Assembly: GCA_024679065.1 (NCBI GenBank)
Contig: JAGIQG010000009.1
Location: 90,148,001-90,212,000, forward strand
Source: Sphyrna mokarran
Taxonomy: Eukaryota
DNA: 64,000 nt
Direction of reading: 5' to 3'
Shown here: positions 22,001 to 34,000 of the stretch, one piece after another
How the letters are laid out: every line of letters begins with the position of its first letter
How positions within the stretch are numbered: the first letter of the stretch is position 1
The notes under the pieces: generated by a model
Seen by the model: the letters and a program-made list of their open reading frames with translations, nothing else
Told to the model about the DNA's origin: nothing
Databases searched by the model: none
Program-made: the position numbers and the translations under genes

Positions 22001-25000
22001 TCAGTGTCTCCAAAACCAGAAACAGAATCCAGTTCTAGATGGAGGAGCTGTTTCTTCTGAAGAATTCCCATTCACTACTAATGGGGGAACTGGTTCTCAA
22101 CCATTTCTCCCTCAAGTTCTCACTTCCTCCAAATAAGATGTGAGAATGGGCACCAACACAAGTTCAGTTATGCCCATCTCTATGGGTTGTGAAGCATTCT
22201 GTTCTGGCCCTCACCCACAATTCCTTTGATACAAGGACTACTTCAGTGCTGTTTCATGCTCTCACCTGGACCTGGAAAAATTTATCAATTTTGCTTCCAA
22301 ATTCCACCCCTCTATCACCATATGGTCCATCTGACCCTTTCCCTTCCTTGACCTCTATCAAGGAGGTGAAAAACTATTCAGTATCCATTACAAGCACACT
22401 GACTACAATCTTTACACCCCACATCCTGCAAGGACTCCATCCTATTGTTCCTTTGCCTCTGATGCCACTTTCCAAAATGTACTGCTGACAAGGCTTCCTT
22501 TATAGAAGATGTTTACAGCATGGAAACAGGCCCTTTGGCCCAACTGTCTGTGCCATGTTTTTGGAAACCCCTAAGCTAATCTCAATTGCCTGCATTTGGC
22601 TCATATCCCTTTCTACTCATCATATCCAACTATCTAAATGCTTTAAAAACAAGATTGTACCTGCCTCTGGCAGCTTGTTCCAGACACTCCATCTAAAAAA
22701 ATTGCCCTTCTGGACACTTTAGACTCATCTTTGGAGAAGATGACTATCTAGCTGAACTGTGTCCCTTGTTATTTTTAGATCTAAGATCACCCCTCAGCCT
22801 CCTACACTTAAGTCCCAGTCTATTCAGCTTCACCTTATAACTCAATCCATCAACCCCAGTAGCATCCTAGTAAATCTTTTCTGCACTTAGTTGGGACTGG
22901 AAATTTTGGTTGCTCACAAGCAAGATACTCTAGTCTGCTGATGCACACCCCCATTGCAGGTTTCCCAGCAAAGTGGGATGGAATCAATAGTAAATTCTGA
23001 TAGAGGAGAGACCAGAAGATCCTGCTGCTGCAGAAACAGCTAGGAGGATCCTACCCTAATTAACAGCTTCCTGGAGAAAGATGCACTAGTCTGGCCACTG
23101 ACTGAATCAGGACTATGCAGTGTGAGCAAAGGCTGTGAAAATCAGCTCAGTCTAGAATGTTGGCATGATAGAGATGCTGCATAAGTGTGCAGATGTGTTT
23201 GTGTGAAGTAAACAGATAAAGGACACCCATATCATAGAACATTACAGTGCAGAACAGGCCCTTTGGCCTTTGATGTTGCACTGACCAATTAAGAAAAAGC
23301 AATGACCCTCTAACCTAAACCATTCCTTTTTGTCCATAAACTTATCTAACCTCTTAAATGCCACAAACTTGGCACATCTACAACTGCAGCAGGCAGGGCA
23401 TTCCATACCCTTACCACCCTACCTGATATCACACTCCTATTTAGTGGCTACAGCTCAGCCTTTATTACTACAAAACTCATTCTAAACTGTGGCCTGGGCT
23501 TCAGCACTGCTCTGCAACTGCATCTTGAACTTCCTAACTCAGGTCACAATTAGGACAGATAATACCTCTGATCTTCACTGGTTCCCTACAAAAGTGGGGT
23601 TCTTAACCCCTTACTATATTCCTTATATACTGACCATATGGCCAAATTCCCCTCCAATTTGATTCAAGTTTGCTAATACAGATTTCAAACAATGAGACTG
23701 TATAGAAGGTACAGAATCTAGTGAAGCAACACTAGTCTCTTCCTCAGTGTCAAAAGGAAATAGTCAGCTTCAGGAAGCCAAAAGGATATCATACTCCTAT
23801 CTACATCAATGGAGTAGAATTAGAAAGGGTCAAGTTTAAGTGTCCAAATCAACAATCTGTCCTGGTCCCTCCATGCTGACACTATATAGTTAAGCCCATC
23901 AACACCTACTCAGAAGGAATTTTGGCATATCAGTTATGATTCACCAACTTTTAACAGATATACCATAGAAAGCTTTCTGGTTGTATTAGCTTAGAATGGA
24001 TCCTGCTCTGCCCAAGACTGCAAGGAGTTACAAAAGGTTGTGAATGAAGCCCAATCATGCAAACCAACCTCCTATCCAATACTGTTCTACACTTCCTGCT
24101 GCCTCAAAGCAACTAGCATAAGGATTAATATACCCAACAGTCTCTTTCACCTTCTGTTGAAGATAAAATGTCATGTACCAACTGACTCAAATAGCTTCCC
24201 TGCTGCTGTCAGACTTGCATTAAGTTGGTCTTTCTCTACACCCCAGCTATGACTAGCTACATTCTGCAGTCTTTCTTTCTACAAATTGTATGCTTTCTGT
24301 ATAGTGCAAGAAACATTTAATACATTGAAAGTAAAACAAAGAGAATTATTGGAAATCAGCTCAAAGGTCAAGATATTCAGTCAAATGTTTTGACTGTATC
24401 TCCAATTCAATCCAAAGTCAACTCAGTCTCAGCCATTGATTCCCAATCCAGGCCTCAGGCTTGATCTACATAATCCAAGCTGATTGGATTAGACATTTCA
24501 TTGCCAAGGCTTGATCTCATTTGCATCTTGCCAAAAGGCTGAGATGCCACTTAAATTGCTTCAAATGAAACCAGTGTAACCTTGACTTCAACCAAGTCAA
24601 AGATACTGCTCAAAGTATTACAACGTAACCAACAGTTACATGGAGGAACCAGCTGATCCAGTATATGACAGCAAATAATATTGTGGGAAGCTTTGTGGCC
24701 TGTGTTGGTGCAATGCAGTCTCTTACATCTTTATCTTTAGTTCTTTAATTGCTTGCAACTGAAGTATCTTACTGCCAGATGAACATTAAAGTTCAATGAA
24801 TTTTGAACTGGGTTAGAAGATTAAGATGAAATTGATTAGTTTTAAAGAGCACTGATGTAATCTGTAGATGGGGACAATTCCTACAGATTATAGTGCCAAG
24901 GGTCACATTTCACCCCAGAAACATTCATTTAAAATTCCTTGGAATCACAAACTTTACCTCATCCATAATCTTCTGAAGTGGGAGAAAAAGAGAACAAAGT

Positions 25001-28000
25001 GTAGAGATTACTCCAATATGGGCAAGCATGTTATCAAGTTCATGTTACATGTTCAAAAGGCAAATGTGAAGGCAGAAAATAAATGGTACTACATTGCAAT
25101 ATTTACTCAGTTAATTGACTTTGTTCAGATGTCTCAATTCTTCACATCCTGCCTTTTCCTCAAGGAAAAGAGCCAACAGGGATGGAAGCCCTAGGACCAA
25201 TGCCAGCATCCCAAGAGGCTGACTAGATGAATTTCATGGATGTTATATAGCTATGATGGGACATGGTAAGTTTAATGCAAGTGAATACCCTGGTTAAAAC
25301 CCATTTACACAATGTGCTCATGCAAATAACCACAATTGTTCTATTCATCCTGTGTTACTCTAGTTTTACAGGAGGCTACAAATTGTTGATTTGAACTAGA
25401 AATTGAGGCCAAAGTGAAATCCATGAGGGTATATTGGATAGCAAGGGATCAATAAAGTAACAATATTTCACCTCAATCTGGGGAATGTTGATAGTTTGTG
25501 ATCATTGTTGTTTAAAATCACCAAGTTAAGCATTTTCTGCTAAAATTGATGGAAGCCATTTTAATAAAAAACCAAAATTGGAAACCAACCAAATAAGTTA
25601 ATTGTCTTAACTGTCTCAAGTTTTATAGGATAGAGCGGAGGGTGAATAAGATACTAAGGGGCAACATGGCATGGGCAATCCACCAACCTGTACATTTCTG
25701 CATTGTGGAATGAAACCCATGGAAACCTGAGAATGTGCAAATGCCACACAAGTTGCCCAAGGCCAGAATCAAACCTGGCTCCCTGGTGCTGTGAGGCACC
25801 AGTCTAACCACTGCCACTATTCCAGTGGAATTGCTTTACCACTGAGCTATACTCCCTTAGCCTAACTTGAGGCAGAGAGGTTAGCACTACTGCCTCAGCA
25901 CCAAGGATCTGGGTTTGATTTCTAGTTTGAGCCATTATTTGCATGTTTTCATTGTGTCAATAGGTTTTTTCCCCACATGGTAATAGGATCGGAGGGAGGG
26001 GGCAGACAGAAGATGGGAAGATAATGTTTGAAGTGCTCAGAGCTGTTTTCAATGTTGTCAATTCATTACTTGCTCCGAGAAGGCTGGTGAGAAGTTTATT
26101 CGATGAATAAAGTTTTGATACTTTAAATGGTGAAATCAGTTTATTGATTAAGTGTTCTGTCATGTGGTTATGTCTCTAGAACAAGGTCTGATTTGATTGG
26201 TGTTATTGTAAACAAATCTTGATAAAACTTTCACTGAAGTTTGGTACTGAATCCAATTCCTAATGTGCAGAGGATGCTTTACTTTGTCTGAACTGCTGTA
26301 TCTGAGCTGGATAATTCTAGCTTTCAATGCAATGATAGAAATCCATAAGATTTGAAAGTTTTGCTGAAATACTTACGTGGGCCATGATTGCTGGAATCCA
26401 GGATGGCTGAAAGAAAACAACATGGTTAGTTCACCAAGTCAGAGGTTGTGGGTTTACATCTTATTCTAAGACTTGAGCAGATGTTAATGCACAATGGTGA
26501 AAAAAGTAGGATAGCCATTCCTGGTTTTGACCAATATAAAACCATCACATGATCTGGTCATCATTGCATTCCCATGTAGGGGAGTTTATGGTTTATAAAT
26601 TTTGTTCAGTTCCTTGCATTACAATAGGTTTTATTGTCTCAACACATTTTTGGATAAAACAGATTTGGATCAAACTTGGAGGAAATGTTATCCAGATAAT
26701 ATACTGCAAGCTTGTCTGAACATTGACCAGGATGTCAGCCAGATAAATTCAATACTGCTCAATTTTCCAGTTATAAAAGATTATTGCATTAACCTATCGA
26801 AGATCAGTACAGGAACAGGCCCTTCAGCCCAAGTCTGCTGACTTGATGCATTTAATATTTTCTTTCCTCTGCATGGTCCATATCCCCCTATTCCCTGCCT
26901 ATGTATCTATTCAGTTGCCTTTGCAATGTTTAAGGCAATCTTGTAGTAGCTTGTCAAACAACCAATGAGCAAGGTATCACTTTAGCATTACAACCTTAAA
27001 CTGTCAATTTAAAATGATTTGAAATTGTGTAATTTGCCTGTTTTAGGTTTATTATGGCTGTAGAAAACAAGCACTTGTTCCCCCTCAAATGTCAGTAGAT
27101 GGAACTATTCCACTGCTGAAAGGATCAGCTAAAAGTCACAAGTTTAAATTACAAAGCAGCAAAAAGCAAAATTATGAATTGGTTATGGTCTGGAATTGCA
27201 TCATCATGAAGACAGGTTTAATTCAAAAGGAACTATAAAATAGTTCCCTATAAAATACTGGTACTCAATGGCCAGAGCATTGTGGGTCAAAAGGCCTCTG
27301 CTGTAACATGAACATAAAGGTGGGAAAAGCAAATTGCTCAGTGCCAATGTGGACAATGGGCTGAATGATTTCCTTCCACACCTTTAAAAGAGTGTTAGTT
27401 GATGCTGATGTTAACAATTGTCACTCAAGCCCAATGTTTTCAGACAGTAGTCACAGCTTGTCTTCCTTTGAGTTTAAGGCACTGAGGTGGCAAAGTTGTG
27501 TTCTAGTGTTCAGCAGTCAAATTCACATTTCAGCAGCATCTCTTCCCATCCCCAGCCAGACTGAAACCAACAATACTACATTGAATTCAGGGTCTCTTCC
27601 CTGCATATCAGCTCTGAACTACTTTGGTTGTCTCTTCTCAATCCCTCATTTCAGATACTGGTAGAAGCCATAACAATTACTTGTATGCCATATTCAAAAT
27701 GTCTAGTTACATTAAATTTCAATGTTTTTAATGAGGTTGAGCTATTTAAAAGTATAGAATACATGCCAATAGTGCAAATGTGCACTTGATCTTTAGTTCT
27801 TGATCCTTTCAAGAGTGGGCATAGTTCCAGCTACTTGATGACATTTGAGGGGATGGGGTCTTGTCTTCCACAATTTTCTACAGCCATAACAATTAAACCT
27901 AAAACTTTAGACAAATTACACCTCAAATTTCAAAACTTAAATTGCCCATGTTTTAATTTGTTACACTAAATTCTTTAAGTGAGACCTTGTTTATTGTGTT

Positions 28001-31000
28001 GTTTGACAAGCTATTTGGGATCTAGCTAAACATTGCAAAGACATTCAGGACCTCCAAGAGGCAACTGGATAGATACATGAATACACAGGGAATAGAGGGA
28101 TATGGATCATGCAGAGGCAAATATTAGATGAGGGGTATCTGTCAGCATGGACTTGGTGGGCTGAAGGGCCTCTTCCTGTGCTGTTCTTTGATGGTTTGAA
28201 TTAACCTATCTTTTATAATTGAAATATTAGCACTGCATTAACTTGTGATTACATATTCACCTCCAGGTGAATTTGTAAATATCCAGTGATTCCACCAACT
28301 ACTTCAGAAAGTGAAGGAAGGAATTTCCTGTCTCTGGTTTTGCCTTCTATAGAAAAGATTCCCAGTGAAATTGCTCTAGTTTTGATTAGTTTCTTCCCTC
28401 ACTGCACCAAGACAAACTAGCTGACTCCCAATACAATATTGCTACTACAAGCAAGGTTAACATGTCAATTTTAGGTTAGAAGCCAAGAAGGCTTAATATT
28501 TGGATGTTCCCAGCCATCCTGATTTTTGTAGATCCTTTTATGAAATCAGACTACCTAGAGTCACATCTGAGGGTACAGGTTTTGTGCTCAGACTGAACAG
28601 AATCTTACCTTTAGCATTCCTCAGCTTCATAATCACTCCAGCCAGCAGGATGATCAGTCCAATTCCAAATCCCACAGCTCCAACAATAATCTTGTGTTTC
28701 TCTGATTTAGTTGTGCTTCCCACTTCTGTACAAGTGAAAAATCCAGGTGAGAGAACACTGATGCATTTTGACACAAGAGCTTGAGGGATTATCAACATGT
28801 GAAAGGAGTTGAAAAAACTTAAAAGGTTCCAACTGGTGTTCTGTAGCACATTGATGCACTGTGAAGGCCCCATAAGTCTGCCACAAAAGTTTAATGTTAA
28901 TGTACATTAAATCTAATTGGTTTTCAGCTGTGGCTGGCATTACCAAATCTTGCTGAACCTCAAGTCTCCATGTGTGCTGGTTAGGAATAGGCTACACATG
29001 CATTTTGGCCCTGATGTAAAAAGATCAGAAGCATGTGTGTCTTTTCCAGCAGGCACAGTTTGTATTACCAACATTAAACATTGAGTACCTTGTGTAGCCC
29101 TTGCCTGGCTGATGTGCACAGGAGATCCCAGGTTCTTTGGGAATTGGAGATGCCAACCATGAAATTGAAGACAAAGACCCCATGCACTTGCACAAAAATG
29201 GAGGCAGAAAGCTGAGAAGTAAAAAAATTCCCAATGTGGGAAGACAGATCAAAAAGGAAAATCTTAAGTTGCTTCTTTAACTTAAATTTGAATATTAAAA
29301 TGGTGACATGTGCTTAGAAGGTTTAGGGATAAAAGGCTTGAGGGTAGTTCAGTTGGTGTGCAGTGACAAAGCAGGATAAGTGGTAATCTATTGCAAATAA
29401 AGCAAGAAAACCAAGTTTGTCACATGGTTTCCAATACATAGGATTCTTTCTCCAAGATGTGACATCTGTAAAAGGAGACTACTAGAGCTAATGTTGAGTA
29501 GTCTGGTATAAGTGTTAGCATCTGAAGACCACTATTGGACTTGCTCATCCTCCAGAAAAGTGCAAATTTGGGAAAGATGATACAATAGAAAAGTGATTAG
29601 AAGCACACCAAAATTGAACAGGTAGAAAACCCAAAGATTAGGGTAAAAATGGACAAACCAGAACCCTTGACAAGGCTCCTCACTGGAGAAAATTTACAGC
29701 AAGGCACAGCAAATTACAAAGTGATGCCAGATAGTGGTTCCTCAGGGATCTGTGCTGAGGTTGTCCTTTGTTCATGTTTGCAGCAATAACTGCTAGAACT
29801 GGCAGATTAGCCTGAAATGTAAACTATTTTCCTCCCCACAGATTGACACCTGCTCAATGTTTCCAGAATTTTGCTTCATGTTGTACTACATAATGTTTCT
29901 TACCCCAGTCTGTGTTCTTGGGTTCATTCAGGCTGCTGTGTTCCACACGACAGGTATATTTATCTCCAGACACAGGTTGATATTGGAGGAGATCCTGAAC
30001 CTGATAGGTCCAGTCACCATCTGATAACAGGGCAGTGTTGATGACACCATTAGGAACTGGCACTCCATTTTTCAACCATGTGACCTCAATCTCAGGAGGA
30101 TAAAATCCAGTAACATGACACAAGAGCAGGGCTGACTGTCCAGAATGTGGTGTTGTTTTAGGTTGGACAGTGACTGTTGGTTTGACTGGAATAGAAACAG
30201 AAGAATTAATTTAGAAATAAAGATCATAGTATAATGGCAGTGTCTGATTTTCCTCTGGCCTTATTACTATTTGTAGAGTCAGGAAGACCTTCAGTCAAGT
30301 CCTTGTCTACAAGTTTTAGCCTTCCAATCAGGCAAGACTGGTAAGTCTTGAGTTGGAATTGGAACAGATCCAAGAAGAGTGGGAACATCTTTAAAGTGTT
30401 GGCTTCAGTAAGATTCATGAAAGTGAAGTGAGGTATCAGGCCTCCTATTGGTCCATTTGTCATCATGCCAAATGGCTCAAACTTGATTAAGAATCTGCAG
30501 TGTAAACTGGAAGTGGGACTAGGTGACACATGAAACAGGGACCAAGGAGTAATTTGATATTCAGCTGGTTTCACCACAAAATAGCTGGGCACTAGTTCAT
30601 CATGCCTTTCATTAAAAATGAAAAGTGCAATAGCCTAATGATACATTTCAGATTAAGTTCAATTTTTGAAGGGGGAATATGACAGTGACCAAGATTCTAG
30701 ATTTAGAACATAGAACACTACAACACAGAACAGGCCCTTTGGCCTTTGATGTTGTGCCAACCAATATAAAAAGCAATGCCCCTCCAAACTAAACTATTCC
30801 CTCTTCCATATACTTATCAACTAACCGCAAATGCCACCAAACTTGGCACAACTGCTGCAGGCAGGGCATTCCACTCCCAAACCACCCTTTGGGTAAAGAA
30901 CCTACCTCTGATATCCGTCCTATAACTATCACACCTTAATTTAAAGCTGTGTCCCCTCGTGCTAGCTTTCTCCATCCTAGGAAAAAGGCTATCACTGTCC

Positions 31001-34000
31001 ACCCTATCTAAACCTCTAATCATCTTATGTTTCGATAAGATCCCCTCTTAGCCACCTCCTTTCTAATGAAAACAAACTTGATTAAGTTTGATTTAGGCAA
31101 GACTAACTTCAATTAGAGACATAGTAAACTGGGAAAGAGTAGGTCTGGAGAAGTGTTCAAAAAGGTAGATATAAAATCAGTATGCTCCAAAAGGCAAGAG
31201 CTATTTGCCAAAGACAAACATGGATAACACTAAAAACTAGTTTAAAAAATACAATGCTGGAATCTGAGAACAATGCTGAAAAAATTCAGAGTTGTAGCTG
31301 TGTACCTGCATGGGCCCCTATTTTGCCTGTCCTTTTGCTTATGTGGAACACAATTCCAGTTCTACTCAGGCACACTACTACAAATCTGCTTCATGCTCTC
31401 ATCTGGACTTCAAAAAAATTTAATTTTGCTTTCACATGGCCCATCTGACACTTGCCTTCTTGACTTAATTTCCAGTGAAATACTGACCACTGACTCCCAC
31501 AGCCATCATGACTACAGCTCATACTACTTCCATGTAACTGCAGAAGGTGAAACACCTGCCCTTTTGCCTCCTCAGCACAAGAATCCAAACACTTCAGATT
31601 AAGCAACATGTCACATGCACTTTCTACAATTTAGTAGACAGTATTTGGTGTTCCCAATGTGGGAGCTACATTGGGTAAACTAAACAGATGGAACTGCTCA
31701 GTCTAACCTTCCTGTTGCTTGTCATTTTAACTCTGCATCTTACCTCATGCAGACATGTCTGTTCTTGGCCTATGTTCCAGTGAAGCCTGGAACAAGCTGG
31801 GAAAGCAGCAACTCAGCTGTTAGTTGGGCACTGCAGCCTTGGAGCTTACATTTGAGATGGACTTCAGTTTTAAATTCCTTAAATCTCATGTCTCCCCCAG
31901 CCATCTCTCTTGTTCTTAAGTTGCTAATTTGTTGCCATGTCTTACAACACTTCAGTTCTGAAGGATCAGAAGTCTCTCCAGATGTTGAGTTTTTCTAGTT
32001 TAAAAGCAGAGCACAAACATCAAAATTCAAGTGGTTCCAGTACAGCTCCAATGGCAGCTATCCACCCCAATATGGAAATAGAGGTACCCCTGTGTCCAAA
32101 AAGCTGGACAAATCCAACCCAACCAATTACTGCCCATTCTGTATTATTAGCAAAATGAAAAGTGTCAACAAGCACTTCTCAGGAATAATCTGCTCACTGA
32201 ATTCAGTTTGGGTTCTGTCAGGGGAAGGCAAGAATTGGTTTATTGAAAAATGAAGTTTAGATACATCTGTGGGCAAAATCATTGTGCACTAAATTAGTAC
32301 ACAACATGCAGTGCAGTTATGCATTAGAAATCTCATTTGTGGGGCTACTGTAAAATGGAAGGTCAGCTGGCAGATGTGATGAGCTGATTGTAGAACAGCA
32401 GAAAAAGCAGTTAATCTTTTCACATCAAATGATATCCTCAAAAGGATCATTCATATTGGTTAGTTAAGACAGAATTTTGCCAATGATATACAAAATGAGG
32501 AAATCTTGTCTGTTTGAACATTATATAGAATCTGGCATGGATAAAATCAAACTACTAAAGTAACAGATTCTCTCTGCATAGGTTTTTGTCTCCTCTGTTT
32601 GCCTAAGAACTATGGACAAAATTTCCATGAAATTCATTGGTGCTGGAACACAATGAACTCAAGGTTTGATCATTATCATTGTATCTAATATGGTGGGCAG
32701 CTGGTCACTAGGTCTACCTTACAATTAGAAATTGGAAACTCAGGAGTCTTTGTGCTCATTTACATCTGGTGTAGTAAGTCACAACACCAAGTTAAATTGG
32801 TATCATGAGCTTTCAGATGCTGCCCATCAGATGAATCAACATCTATTCTACCATAGCTCAGTTCTGGTGCACTTTGCTACCCTGATGCTCCTGCATGAGG
32901 TACAATTTCAGAACCAAACCTCATTCTATGGGAATGTGGCAAAAATTAAACCGTTAGAGATGCAGCTCATTGAACCAAATGTCTGGATTTCAGTAGTTTC
33001 ACATTTAAATGGATGTTGTGATATGTCTACTGAGTCTTATTACCCAATTCTTTGGATTGGTTTGGTTTTACAGGATGATAAACAGTCAGGTCAATCCATA
33101 GTTATAAAATCACAAGATTGGTAACAAGATTTAACATGAAATGATTGCTGCATTGAGACTGGGTCAGTTATTCTGACAAGGCAGGAACAGCTGATTGCAG
33201 AGCCTCAGATCCTTGAGTTTCAAAAACCACCTTCATATGAATCATGCCAAGCTACTTTTGTTTGAATTATTTCTTTAGCACTGCCAATGGGAAGCAACTA
33301 ATTTTCCTGCTGGTGGCTGCAGCAGTCAAGTCTGAGATAATTGCAGTCAAAAACACTTCTGGAAATATCCCAAGAGTGTCTTAAGATGGGGGTGAACTGT
33401 GCCAGTCTCTTAGGTGCATAACAATCTTTTGACACTTAGTTCTGTGATTCATACCATTATGGGGCTCCAGGAACCTTACTCACCCAAAGTGGCCACAGCT
33501 ATGCACTGTTAAGCAGGTCAAACTGCATTTAACACTAGTCACACTGGGATGACATCATGTAGAGCAGCTCCACTGTTCACTAAGAGGGAGTTGGGATGGC
33601 TGCTGGATGCAGTGGAGAGTTGGCAAACTAGGGGTCAGGCTAACAATAAACGAGGAAGGTGCAGCAATGGCACTGGCAAAGAATCAATGCTGTAGGAAAA
33701 TAAATGACTGTTCAGGCAGGTGTCCCTCCTATCCTGGCTGGAATGTCAATGTTGATCCATCACCCTACAGCCTTCCAGCACCTAACACCCTAGCACCTTC
33801 CTTCAGTCCCTGTGGCAAACCCCCTGCAGAGGCACAGTACTGACATGTCAGCTGATTGCACTCACCCCAATATCCCACACTATCAGCCATCAGATTTTCA
33901 ATTCTTCCTGCTGTTGCTGCAGGAGATGGCCCATAAACAGAAGTGGTGTCCCAGGGCTGACAGGAATAACAGCAGAATGGTGATGGGTTAGCATGCAAAG

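Noticed and set aside
24479-24526. CTGATTGG plus octamer ATTTGCAT in intron 5
   Set aside because: No X box at the correct spacing, and the context looks like an LTR-like repeat.
28538-29903. Read-through of exon 3 or exon 4 into introns, giving soluble or alternative-tail isoforms
   Set aside because: Short open extensions past strong donor sites are expected by chance, and there is no transcript evidence.
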